From the human T2T-CHM13v2.0 reference genome, Homo sapiens: a DNA stretch of 64,000 bases. The position numbers and the translations under genes are program-made. The DNA is taken from assembly GCF_009914755.1 (NCBI RefSeq), contig NC_060942.1; one strand, written 5' to 3'. The notes under the pieces were generated by a model that was not told the origin of the DNA, ran no database searches, and saw only the letters and a list, made by a program, of their open reading frames with translations. Positions 29,603 through 42,659 of the stretch are shown piece after piece; within the stretch, counting starts at the first letter, position 1, and every line of letters begins with the position of its first letter.

Positions 29603-30064
29603 TGTGTTAGTTTCACAGGGCCGCCATAGCAAAGTATCACAAATTGGGTGGCTTAAAACAAAAGAAGGTGGTTCTCTCACAGTCTTGGAGGCCAGAAAAT
29701 GAGATCAAGGATTCGGCAGGGCCCGGCTCCCTCGAAGGCTGGAGGAGAGAAGCTGCCCCCTGCCTTTCTCTGAACATCCAGTGTCGCCAGCAGTCTTTGC
29801 TGCTCCTTGGCTTTCAGGATGTAACTCCAATCCCTGCCTCCATCTCCACATGGCTGTCTCCTTCCTGTGTGTGTCTGTACCCAAATGTTCCTCTTCTACT
29901 GAGGACATGGGCTACATTGTGTTAGAGTCCACTCGAACGACCGACCGCATCTTCGCTTTATTACATCTACAAAGACTCTATTTCCAAATAAGGTCACATG
30001 CACAGGTACAGGGGTTAGGACATCAACTTCTCTCTTGGAAGAACAGAATTCAACTGATACAACA
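29603..30064 (-). mobile_element. MaLR solo LTR (MLT1C-like)
   Basis: tgtgttagtttcacagggccgccatagcaaagtatcacaaattgggtggcttaaaacaa..aaagactctatttccaaataaggtcacat..gggttaggacatcaac. Confidence 0.88.
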
Positions 30065-30082
30065 CTGGAGGGGTGAAAACAA

Positions 30083-30085
30083 GAC

Positions 30086-30122
<37 letters not shown>
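30083..30122. repeat. (GA)n microsatellite
   Basis: Direct reading. Confidence 0.95.
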
Positions 30123-30125
<3 letters not shown>

Positions 30126-32369
30126 GGGGCCCGCACATGCCCTGCTCATCTCAAAACTTCTCGAGAAGCAAATCTAACTTGCAGGAACTTTGAGAAAGGC
30201 AGGAGAAGCAAAAAAGCAAAATGAGATTGTTTTCATAACTTAAAGAGGCTGAAAATGATGAAACTGGGCTGAGATGTGTTACAGGAGCCTACACAGCTAG
30301 AAGGATAGATTCGAGGTCATGCTTTGAGCAAAAGCCATTAAAATGCATAAATAACATTGTATCACACTTTTGCCTCTCAAGTTGAGACTGCCTCTAAATT
30401 GACTAGCGTTACAAATATCCTAACAGAAAACTATCCCTAAAACCTAGAAAGCCATATTATGCTTTGGCAATCATCTGACCATGTACAACAAATGTAATGA
30501 AAACGGTAAACCTGAACCAAGGCAAACCCAACAGTTTAATTTAAAAACTTGAAGATACTAAGTATTCCCTTCAACTGGACATTCAGAAACTTCACGTGGC
30601 TACATTGTATTTCCCCCCACGAGTTGCTTCAGGGTTGTGAAATTCACTGGACTGTGGAGGGAGCCTTAAACCTTTGTGGGTGATTGACGTCTAAAGTACC
30701 TGAGCTTTTCTGGTTCTGCTGACCCTCAGTCTCCTGGACCCTAGGTAAGTGCCTGGGGGACTATACCCCTGATCAGTTGAACTCACTGTGGAATTGTTGC
30801 TTCTGAAAGTCCAAGGGTCCAAATTCTATGTCTTTAGAGAAGAATATTTTCTTACTTTGAGTCAATGACTATTTAATGTGCTTTCTAAATATTTGAAGAG
30901 AAATGTGTTTTGTAATATTTTTGTGTATTTCTGCATAATGAATAATCTCTTCCATTCTATTCCTAACTCATCAACTTGAAAAACACAGAAGAAGAATCAG
31001 ACCCATCCTTCAGTCTCATCTCTAGAAGCCCAGAATAAAATGAAAAAGGTATGAACGAGAAGAGAGAAATCACTGTTGACAACACATTTTACCTAGCAGT
31101 CCAACATTGTTTATCAGCATAATAAAATGTGCCAATACTCACCAGCACTCTAAAGTATGCACTAATAATAAATAGAGATATAGGGCATAATATGACCAAT
31201 GATGAGATATAAATTTATAGCTCCTGGGGGAAAATGATGGGAGACCTCACAATGGGGAAAGTTGGCTTTGGATAAAACTAAGAACTTTTCTCCTTTGATA
31301 AGCATCTGATGAAAATAGCACTGATTTTTTTTTAGTTATAAAATCACAATCCCTATTTTGTATGATGAAGAAACAGAAAAAAATTTCCACAATATTACCT
31401 TTCAGCTCCTATATATTCCATTTTTATCTTTTGTGCATCCCCTTGATAGTTTAAAATTAACGGTTTTATAGGTAGGATAGAACTCAGTATCGTACATGCT
31501 AATCCTTGACCTGAAACATCATCAACCACAACAAATTCTTTCTTCCATTCCCTAAAGCAAAAAGCAATGAAAAACCTTCAAAGTAAGTTCGCCATTACAG
31601 CTCCCTGTAATACCTGCAGTCTCTGCATTTTCCCCAACTAAATGTTCACCCATATCCGAAGAGACAACGTAAAGTTGCTTATCAGCGACTGGGGACAAGA
31701 TCATAGGTCCCAGTTTTCCTTTTTGTTTACGATGGCAAGTTAGAGCCCCTGTGTGATTGTAAGGAGATGATCTAACCATGCCTGACTTTTATATGAGCAT
31801 TTAAGTTTGATGCTGAGTTTCTTTTATGGTCTCCATCAAAACTTAATATGTAAATATTAGTGTCACATCTTCCTTCCCTCTTAACAATCTTTAAAGTCAA
31901 ATTTGAATTTTTAGAATACCGCAGCTATGAGTTATTTTTCCAAATCACATAAGCAGCATAATCATTTCACATTTTATGTTTTGTTTGTTTTCTTTGTACA
32001 GGTGAGCTAACTTGCACCTATATCCACTGAAATTAAGCTTGCTAAGTTTTCAGTTGGTTTTCCTTGAAAATGTCATTTGCTAATTCATTATTTATTTCAT
32101 GTTCTCTCATCCTAATATGGTAAAAAAAAAAAAAAAAAGAAATATTCTAAGCAGATAGAGAAATCTATCAGCCCAGTCCAATTGGAATCTTTGTACTTTA
32201 ATAGTTTCAACATTCAAATGTACAATTATTGGTAAAGAGATCAAATTGTTCCAAAACCACAACTAACCATGATAGAACTAACTCCTTCCTAATGTGAATG
32301 TATTAAATGCCTTATTTTATTTCTCCAAGAACTAAAATGTTGCCTTTTACAATAAAAATTAATAGCCAA

Positions 32370-32560
32370 CAAGAATAATAGCTAATTTTTATTAAACGCT
32401 GAAAACATGTCAAGTACTCTGCTAAGAATTACATGCATTTTTCCTCTTTAATTCTCACAGTAAATGTAGGGCATAAATACTCAACAAATTCTCACTCAGA
32501 CAGATGGCACAATGTCATTCTGTCGGTCACAAAGATGTTGGTTGCTGTGTGCTCACAGGA
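32370..32560 (-). mobile_element. MIR fragment
   Basis: aataatagctaatttttattaaacgc..tgtcaagtactctgctaag..tttaattctcacag. Confidence 0.65.
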
Positions 32561-32576
32561 CATGGGACTTCAGGAT

Positions 32577-32870
<294 letters not shown>

Positions 32871-34277
32871 GACTCCAAGCTTTTCTAATGAGGTTTCTGG
32901 GCCACAGAGTGGAGACAGTCCCTATCCTCAAAGGATGCTACAGTGCATTGTCAAAGACCAATGCGTCAAAATACTTATGGAAGAAGGTGCCCAAAAGTTC
33001 GAAGACAGTTATCTACACGGGAGGTGTAAGAAAATCACCTTGGAATACCCATCTCGGAAGAACAGGTGTGAATGCCCTTGAATCACTTGGAGAGCTTCTC
33101 TTCGATGTTAAATTATTGTAGTAACACCAAGCTCACCACCCAGAATGATGCAGTCAGCCTCCCCTGGAAGGAATGAAGGTCGTAGTCTCCTCTCCATAGA
33201 TGTGTCTCATTTTCTATTTAAAAAAAAAATGTGAATTCAGGCACTGCGTTTGAAAAGTTTGGCAGCAAAACAAATGTCCAGTCCATGTCCTGGGTCCTAG
33301 GGGAGGGCAAAAAATGGCCTCCTGGCCCATGGTGTGGCACACACATGCCCTCCTCTCCTGGCTGCCTTGTGCCCAGGCCCAGCCAGAGGCCTGAAATGTG
33401 GCCATGTATGGCAACACGGACCGTGAAGCCCGGAGATCTGCAGCATCAAGCCCCATGCATGAGCGAAGAGAGCACTGACAGCAGAGGATAGTCCTTCCTC
33501 TGAGAAACACGGTTCTTACAGGGTTGGGGACAAGAGGCATTCTGCAGCTGGGATCAGCCTCAGCTTGGCAGGAGAGGATCAAGCACCCTAGGGGACTCAG
33601 TGTGGCAGGAAGAACTCAGAGCTCCATCCTGTGGCTGCTCAGGGGCTGAAGCAGAGGCATTGCCTTTGGACTGTCCAATGCCCTGAGGATTTTGGATACG
33701 GTGAGTCTTTCTGCTAAAGAGGCATGTGAGGTCCTTGGGCAATTGTTTAAAATAAGAACAGGTGACCATATTTGCACCCCAATATGAGGAAGAGTTTACA
33801 AAGGCTTCCATTATTTCCACAAAACTACAGAAACAGGCCTCGTGATTCAGGAGACTGAAGGGACCTGGTGGACAAGAATAAGAGCCAAGTGAATCAAAGG
33901 TTTCTTTAAGGGAACAAACATCAGGACAGAATTTCATGAAGTGGTAACACAACTAGAAAGGAGCACAGAAAAACCAGTGCATCCCGCTTTTGTATAATGA
34001 AGACCCTGTAAGGGGTAACAAGACTCAGTCAAGGTCAAGTGAAGCAGATGGGTACAAACGCGAGTATTTTGACTTCTCCATTCTATCAGGGAAATTACCT
34101 CATTCTAAACCGTTAATGAAGGAAGCATAACATAACCTATTAACATCTAACTCTTCTTTCAGAAGTGCTAATCTCTTACTCCACAGAGAGAGATTCTAGA
34201 ATTTCTAGAGATTTCTAGAATTTAGGAAAATTCTAATAGTCCAATTGTATTCAAGCTTCAGAAAACACATGCACTTT

Positions 34278-34696
34278 AAAATTTTTTATTTTAATCTTTG
34301 TGGGTACACAGTAGATGTATATATTTATGGGGTACATGAAATGTTTTGATTCAGGCTTGCAGTGCATAATAATCCCTTCATGGCCAATGAGGTATCTGTC
34401 CCCTCAAGCATTTATCCTTTGAGTTACAAACAATCCAATTACATTGTTTAAGTTATTTTAAAATGTACAATTAAGTTATTATTCACTATAGCCAGGCTGT
34501 TGTGCTATCAAATAGTAGGTTTTATTTATTCTTTATTTTTTTTGTACTCATTAACCATCCCCACCTCCCCCAACCATGCACCCACTACCCTTCCCAGCCT
34601 CTGGTAACCATCCTTCTATTCTCTATGTCCGTGAGTTCAATTGTTTTGATTTTTAGATCCCACAAACAAGTGAGAACATGTGATGTTTGTCTAAGG
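34278..34696 (-). mobile_element. L1MA2-like 3' end
   Basis: tttgtgggtacacagtagatgtatatatttatggggtacatg..ccctcaagcatttatcctttgagttacaaacaatccaatt; TSD catgcacttt (34268-34277, 34697-34706). Confidence 0.9.
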
Positions 34697-36556
34697 CATG
34701 CACTTTGTTTGGCCGACTTGAAGGTCTTCAGGAGGAACCTGAAGGAAATTCTTGGGCAATAGGACTTTCATCATGGCAACCTCCATTCGAATTAGCAGAG
34801 AAACATATTAGAGGATATCTGCCACTTATTTTGCCCTAAAACAATTGGACGTCACATCTATCATGATAGGAAGGAGTCATACTGCAAGGAAGATAACACA
34901 AGTCAGATTCCAGGAAGGCTTTCGATCCACCAAATTCAGCACAGAATTCAGGTGTGTTTGAACCTGCCCACTGTCTGAGGACAGGGTCTATGGCATCCAT
35001 CCTTCTCCAGAGGGATTTGCAACCAAAAGAGGTCAGCAGAGGGCATGGACCAGAAGCATTTGTCTTATGACTCCCACTGTGCTTGCTTGTTTCTTTACAA
35101 ATGGGATACAGGCTCTCCTTTTTAAATTCCCACTGTTTATTCTGTAATATTAATTTTTAAAAAATCAGAAACAACTAAAAATGTGGAAAAGACAATTTTA
35201 ATATAAAAATTAAGGTTATTCCTAGGGCTATATAAGAAGGTGGCAGTTTAAAAAAAAGATTAGGAAATAATAACTAAAGCTGTATGTCTTATCTCTTCAG
35301 GTAAAAATATCTTATGAATAATATAATCATTGTCTCTGGTTATTGGGTATGAAAAAGATAAGTGTACCCAGCACAGTGTGATGGAGGGAGACATTAACAC
35401 TTTCACACGGCTGGATACGGACTTGAAAATGAGTTAGGAATCACCGGGTCATCTAAGTGGAGGATTATTCCATACATAGGCCCTAGGTCAATTTAAATTA
35501 TTAAATTTATCTCAGTGGCCGCAGGGGCCAAGACGTGTTTGTGTTCGCTCTTTATCTTTCTGTCCTGTTAGCATGGGCTTAGCAAAAGGGGATCAGCAAT
35601 GACAGAAGAAAAAAAAAGAAAAAGAAAAGAAAAGAAGGAAGATCCAAAATTCCTGCTTGGGCCTTTAGATGGTTAATGACTGAGTTGCAAGGGAATCAAC
35701 CTACATCGTTTCAAGGGCATTTTCCTGCTGAATAGCTTTCCTTGTTGCTTTTTACTTCTGTTTTGACCTTCACATACCCACGGTGCCTTTGGTGCTCACA
35801 GGCTGTCCATAATTGAGGAGAAGGGATGACGTGGGTCATTCATGGGATGTCACTTAAAATCTGTGATTTCTTGGGATTGCCCCCACCTCATTTGTGAAGG
35901 TTAGTAGAGCCTATTTTAGGGCCATGCAGGCTGCTGTTCTGTGGTCTTGAGCCCCGTGACTGGCTGCTTTTCCATACAAGTTCCCGTGTACACAGCCCCT
36001 TGGGCTTCAGTATGTCTGCAGGGAGCACAGTGTGATAAGTCCTAACAATCCCCTCTGTATGTTGCTCCAGAGGAAATCCAAGCTGAGGCATCACATTTGC
36101 GACCTTGTGTCAGGGGAATTTTGAATAAAATAGGCCCATAATCCTAATGTATTTTAAAAGCTTAGAAATCATGATATTTAATTCTTCTCCTACAAAAGGA
36201 CACATTTTCAACCCACAACTTTTCTCTGGAATCTGTCCACCCCTCTGTGGGCATGGCATGGCATGGCATGGCAATGAAGGAGGCACCTCCATGTGTCTCT
36301 GGCCCATCTCTTACCATGGAAATCTCATATCAACCAGCCCTTCCTCGTACCTAGTCAGATTGCCATGGCCTGCAAAAATATGAGGCTTTGTTCCTTCCAT
36401 TTTAACAGAAAAGTGCAGTTTGACTGAAAAACATTTGGCCTCATGTTTTGCCTCTCACTTTCCTTATCAAGGCTTCTTAGTGGCTCCTTCTGTGCCCCGG
36501 ACCTGTGATGAGGCCCTCAGATGTACTATCCCATTTATTCCTATAGCAAACCTGTG

Positions 36557-36850
36557 AGGCCAGGTGTGGGAGCTCATGCCTGTCATCCCAACACTTTGGG
36601 ATGCCGAGAGGAGAGGATTGCTTGAGCGCAGGAGCTCGAAATCAGCCTGGGCAACATACTCTATCTCTACAAAAAATACAAACAATTAGCTGGGCATGGT
36701 GGTGCATGCCTGTAGACCCAGCTACTCAGGAGGCTGAGGCAGGAGGATCATTTGAGCCTGTGAGGTCGAGGCTGTGGTGAGCCGTCATCACGCCACTGCA
36801 CTCCAGCCTGGGAGATGGAGTGAGAAGCTGTCTCTAAATAAATAAATAAA
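36557..36850 (+). mobile_element. AluJ inserted within an antisense MIR
   Basis: ggattgcttgagcgcaggag, gaggtcgaggctg J diagnostics, (TAAA)n tail; MIR motifs cacagatgagg resume after tail. Confidence 0.9.
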
Positions 36851-37339
36851 ACAACCCCATGAATTAGGATTCACTGGTACCATTTCATCCCACAGATGAG
36901 GTCCCAAGGCTGGTAATGGTAAGTCAGTGGCCAAAATTCAGAAAACCTGAGCTGACCCATGACTGGGCCTCAGATTTTTAGGGCCCCAGCCAGGTCTGCT
37001 GCTCCTCTCCCTCTGCGTGGGCCCAGTTTACCACACGCTGGCTAGAGCCCAGCACCCTATAGAGAATTCCAAGCCCAGCCTACACCCTTAGGGCCCTAGA
37101 CTGTGCCACCTTCGGGAACCCATGCAGGTTTGTATTTCTGATAAGCCAGGCACCTTGCAACAGAATCAGGAGTCACTGTGACCTCTCAGACCCCAAGGAA
37201 GTTTAGAAAGATAGTTCGCTTGAAAACTTGTATCGGCTTACCGACACTCAGGAAAGCGTGGGAACATGCTGGGCCGGGCTGTGATTCTCCTCCAAAGAGC
37301 AAACTTTCTTAAAGATGTTACAAATCCTGAGACTAGTGT

Positions 37340-38700
37340 ATTTTCTTTCCTCAGTCAACTCATCCAGTCCTGTGGCTATCAACACCGTCTTTATATCACC
37401 TCTCCAAAATTTCATTTTCAATCTGAACCTCTCGGATCGGCACATCCAACGGAAGCCTGGAAGCTCCTCTCAGATGCCTCCCAGTGCCTTTCACCTGACG
37501 TGACTAACTCAAAGCTCTCGACCTCTTGCCTCAGACCTGCTTCAGGTGTCTCCACTCTGATACTTCCAGGCACTGCCGTCTACACAGAAACCTGGTGGTT
37601 ATCCCGGAAACTGCCCTCACCCTCTGTCCTGGGTTGAGTAGGGCCCCTCAAAACGTACCTTCACCTAGAACCTCAGAACACGATCTTATCTGAAAATTGG
37701 ATCTTTGCAGATGCGATTAGGATCAGGCCCTAAATTCAAGGACTGGTGTCCTTGTAAGAAGAGGAGAGGACATCCTGATCCACACGAGGAAGAACCATGG
37801 GACGATGGAGGCAGAGCGTGGAGGGACGCAGCCACCAGCCAGGAGCACCTGCAGCCACAGGGACCTGTGAGAGAGGCGGGGAAAGGAGAAGTCTCCGAGA
37901 GGCCTTGGAAGGAGCGGGCCCTGCCCACAACTTGACTTTGGACTTCTGGCCTCTGGAACTATGAGAAACTAGATTGCCCTTTCTCCATTGCCGTGGCCAC
38001 CATCCAAGCCTCCGTGAATCTTGCCAGGACCTGTCCCACAGCTCGCCGAGGGATTCCCCACATTTATTCTTGCCTCCACCCAATCTGATCTCTGCAGAGC
38101 AGTGTGTTCTTGGGAAAACACAAATTGGATGACGCAGATCCCTCGTTTGAATCATTCGGCCGTTTTGCATTACTCTTAGGCTAAAATCCAAGATCCTCAG
38201 CACGGCCCCCAAGGCTCTGCTCGCTCCGGCCCCTGCCTGCCTCTCCAGCCTCATCTCACCACCCCGCTTTACTTCTCTTTTGTGAAACTACAATCACGCT
38301 GACCTTCTTTCCATTTCCACACGGAGCCGGACTCCACCCTGCCCTGGAGTGTTTGTTTCCACTCTTCCCTCTGATGGAGACACTTGTCCCATTTCTCATC
38401 GGAGTGATCTCCCCACCCTTCAAGTCCAGGATAATTATCACTCCCTCACGGAGGTACTTCACCTCTCACATAGATAAAAATGACAATCTCTGTTACACTT
38501 TCTTAGTCCTCTGTATTTTTTATAGTTTATCAAAATTATGATGATATATTTATCTCTACAATTATTTGGCTGGTATCTCTATCCTCTACCATGCTGTACA
38601 ACCCAAGATGGTGAAGTCTTCAGCATTGTATGTCCAGTACAAAACACAGTGCCTAGAAGGCACATAGTCACTGCTACAAAAAATGTTTGTTGAATGCACA
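37340..38700 (+). mobile_element. L2 3' portion, interrupted by MLT1C
   Basis: ggctaaaatccaagatcctcagcacggcccccaaggc..ctccagcctcatctc; terminal acacagtgcctagaaggcacatag..tgtttgttgaatg. Confidence 0.75.
37625..37985 (+). mobile_element. MaLR LTR (MLT1C-like), 3'-truncated
   Basis: gaacctcagaacacgatcttatctgaaaattggatctttgcagatg; ggtgtccttgtaagaagagg; ggccctgcccacaacttgactttggacttctggcctc. Confidence 0.85.
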
Positions 38701-39158
38701 TTGGTTGAAAACTTGAGTCTTCTCTGAATTCCACACTTCTACCTTAATAATGTAACTCCTACCACAAGCAACAGAAGGGGAAATGTTTGCTACTTCATTC
38801 CAGAACCTTATTTTCTTTCTCATATCTAAAGTCTATGCCAACCAGATCTTTCACTTTCGGTTGCAGGGTTGTGCATGGAGCCCCTAGGTTTGGCATAGCT
38901 TGCACCCTGGGCCTGGACAAGGAGGACCTACCAGTGATGACATCATCAGCCCCACCCATACCAGACATCTGAGGCTCTTCCCCTTCATCTCTGCAAGTCA
39001 TTGTGGTTGGAAAATCTTAAGTTGCCTAAATCAAACCTGGGAGATAGTGTTTCTCAAATGCCAGAAGAGACAAGTCAGAACATGTAGAAGTGGTTTTCTA
39101 AGGAATTAACTGCAATCAAATTGCTATTATGTAAATACTGGGCACTTCAGACTATGGC

Positions 39159-39460
39159 TTTTTTTTTTTTTTTTTTTTTTTGAGACGGAGTCTTGCCCTG
39201 TCACCCAGGCTAGAGTGAAGTGGCATGATCTCAGCTCACTACAACCTCTGCTACCTGGGTTCAAGTGATTCTCCTGCCTCAGCTTCCTGAGTAGCTGGGA
39301 CTACAGGCACAAACCACCATGCCCAGCTAATTTTTGTATTTTTAGTAGAGACGGGGTTTCACCATGTTGGTCAGGCTGGTCTTGAACTCCTGACCACGTG
39401 ATCCACCCACCTTGGCCTCCCAAAGTGCTGAGATTACAGGCATGAGCCACCACGCCCAGC
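39159..39460 (-). mobile_element. AluS
   Basis: Antisense dimer with poly-T; degenerate TSD gactatggc/gcctattgc. Confidence 0.93.
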
Positions 39461-39659
39461 CAGCCTATTGCATTTTTAAAATTTTTAATTTTAAATTTTA
39501 AAATTATTGATTTGGATGTTTTACAAGTGGCAAAGGAGAGGCATTTTACAGTTTTCTGCCACTGAGCACCAATGAGCACCACAGGATGACTTCAAAGTCC
39601 TTGTAAATGACACTCCTAATAAAATTACGCACCTAGTATAACCATTAAGCTGTGTCAGC

Positions 39660-42100
39660 CTGTATTCATTTATTCAACTCATATTATTACCTACTCTAAA
39701 CCAGGTATGTAACCGCAATGGGATAAGAGGCAACTTACCTCATCTCATTGAGCCTATATTCTAGAGAAGGGAAGGCATGAAACAAAAAATCAGAAAAGTC
39801 ATTTTGAAAAGGTGATAATTGACCTGAGGCCTGAAGTCGCCAGGAAGCACAGGAGGCTGGTGTGCCCGAGGAGCAGTGAGGAAGCGGGAGAGTCATGGGA
39901 TGGAGGTCAAGGAAGTGGCTGGGACCATATCATTAGGGGCACTTGTGCTCTGCTAAGAACTCCGGATTTTTAACAGGAGCGCAATGCAAGCAAATGAAAG
40001 TAATGCCGTGACCTGACTGCCGTGGTTAGAGGACTTCTTATGCTCAAGCACAAAGAACAGACCGTAAGGAGCAGCTGTGATCCAGGGAACCGGATAGGAA
40101 GATGTTGCCTGGGCCAGGTCAGATGATGCACTAGAGGAGGATCAGCAGAGATGATGGGAAGTGATTCGAGTTTCATTCTTTCAACATATGTGTGATCACT
40201 GATTTAAAGCCTGTGATAAGTCCAACATCTGGGCACCCTCAGGGATATTTTCTAGTGGTTGCTTTTTTTCCCCATATATGGGCCACACATTCCTGTTTCT
40301 TTGCACATCCCATAGTATTTCTTTGAAAACTGGACATTTTAGATAATAGAATGAGGCAACTCTGGAGCTCTGATCCTGTCCCCTCCCCGGGGTTTTTTAT
40401 TGTGGCTGTGTTTTGTTTTGTTTTGTTTTGTTTTGTTAATTCCATAAAGTCTGCATTCCCTGTTATATGGGACTACTGAAGTCTCTGCTTCATTAGCTTA
40501 GCATTCAGCTAATGACTGGTCAGAGTTTTCCTGAGATGTCTTAGCCAGCAAGTCTTCCAGGAGCCCTTTAATACCATTGTGTGTGTCAAGCACATCTTCA
40601 GTGCCCAGACCATTCCCAAGTCTCCCTTAGCCTTTATTTCCTGCTTGTGCACGGTCTCAAGGTCAGCCAAAGGTGAGTGGTTGTGGATTCCTTCAGGTCT
40701 GTCCCAGCCTGGCCATAGCCCTGCACATGCAAAAAGCCTGAAGACCTTCCGAAAGAAAAGCACAGCCCTTCAAAGCCCTCTGTGGACATCTTGATCCCCA
40801 GAATTTTTTTTAGTGCAGCTCGTTATTTTTAACAAATGCTCTGGAGATGGGACTTTTCTCACGGAACTCTGAGTCAGGTCAAATAACAACAATGCCCTGT
40901 GAATAGGGCTTTTCCCAGGGAGCTGTAAGATGGATCCAATGGGGACAGTGCCTTGGGGATGGACCTTTTTGAGGTGCTCCAAATCCACTCTGCCCTGCCC
41001 AGTAGCTGTGAGGCTGTTGGATTTTGTGATTGCTATGATTTTGAGATTCCTGGTTTTCAAGGATACTGTAGGACTGAGGACAGAAGGAGGGGAGTAGGCC
41101 AAGTTAAAACACAGCTCTGCTGTTCTTATCAATGTTCAGTCATTTTTCATGAGTAAATGCTTTTCAAGTTGTTGTAAACTTTGGTCAGTTTCCATAGTTC
41201 TGGATGTTGTTGAAAAGAGGCTGACGTTGATAATTTTGCCTGTATTGTCATTGCTTTTATGGAGAAATGGATTTATGGAAGTCCTTACTCCACCATTCTG
41301 AAGGTCCCTCCTCTAGGAAGTGATTAGATTGTAAAGATATATTTGAAGCAGAGTCCATAGGATTTCTCAAAGATTTGGATGTGAAGAATGAGATAAAGAA
41401 ATGAACTGAGGGTAATTTTGAGGCTTGAGTCCTAAAAATTAGAAAAAATTTACTTCCTATTTATTGAGATGGGTAAAAATGGGAAGAAAGCAGATTTTTG
41501 CAGGATGATTTAGCTTTGGACACATTAAATTTGAAGTTCAAATTAAGCATTGAGGTGCACAGGCCAAGTAGGTCATTGGATAGACAAATCTGGACTAGAT
41601 AGACTGGAAGATATCGTCTGTAAATTATAGTTACAGCAATAGAATACAGGCCTACATAAGAGGAATACATGTACACAGAGGTCCTACAACAAAGCCCTGG
41701 GGTGTTCCTACATCCTGGGGCAGGAAAATGAGGAGAATTCGGTAGAGGGAAGTGAAAATAATTGAGGTAGAAAGAGAACCAGGAGGAAGTGATGTCTCAG
41801 AAGTCAAGTGAAAAAGTTGGTACAAAGAGAAGGATGTCATCAACCACATCAAAGCAGCCAACAGTTGAGCAAGAGCAAGTCCAACAACCAACCACTGGAT
41901 TTACCAACACCAAGGCCAGGAAGCACCTTTATAAAAGCAACCCCAGTGGAGCAGTGGGGTCAAATCTGTAAATGGATTCAAGGAAGTCATGTTGGGGAGG
42001 CCATGGGGACAGTGAGTGCAGAAAGCTTTTCTAGTTGTTCTGTCAAGGGAAGCAGAGAAATGGGGTCCCATCATAGTGGTCCTGCTGGGTGAGATAGTCA
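39660..42100 (-). mobile_element. L2 (antisense), split by an L1 5' fragment at 40167-41315
   Basis: 3' end attcatttattcaac at ~39664; ttagctttggacacattaaatttgaagt; gagaaccaggaggaagtgatgtctcagaagtcaagtgaa. Confidence 0.75.
40167..41315 (-). mobile_element. Old L1 (L1M4/L1MB-type) 5' UTR plus start of ORF1, 3'-truncated
   Basis: aagtccaacatctgggc..ttcctgtttctttgcac..gaaaactggacattttagataat (ORF1 start); 5' terminus gtccttactccaccattctgaaggtccctcctc; TSD ggaagtgatt. Confidence 0.75.
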
Positions 42101-42266
42101 AAGCAGACCCTGGGCCCCGCTGCCCATGCAGAGTGTGAGGGTTTTACTCAGGAAGCCTTGGAGAATCATGTGGGACTTGATTTTCACTTATGCCCCAATC
42201 AGAAAGTGACTCTTCCACATATGGGAATAACACATAACATGGCTACCCACTTATTTTGGCAGCAAG

Positions 42267-42659
42267 TGTGTTAGTCCATTTTGCGTTGCTATAAAGGATT
42301 ATCCAAGATTGGGTAATTTACAAAGAAAAGAGGTTTATTTGGATCACGGTTCTGTAGGCTGTACAAGCATGGCACCAGTGGTTTGTTCAGCTTCTGGTAA
42401 GGCCTCAGGAAGCTTTTACTCATGATGGAAGGTGAAAAGGGAACAGGTAGGTCATATGGCAAGAGAGGGAGCAAGAGACAGCAGGCTTTTTTAAACAACC
42501 AGCTGTCATGTGAACTAATAGAGTGAGAACTCACTCATTACCATGGGGAGGGCAACAAGCCATTCATGATGCAGACAGCTCCCACCAGGCCCCACCTTCA
42601 ACACTGGGGATCACATTTCAACATGAGATTTGAAGGAGACAAACATCCAAACTATATCA
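42267..42659 (-). mobile_element. MSTB-like solo LTR
   Basis: tgtgttagtccattttgcgttgctataaagg..gaactaatagagtgagaactcactcattacc..aaacatccaaactatatca; TSD gcaag/ccaag. Confidence 0.92.
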
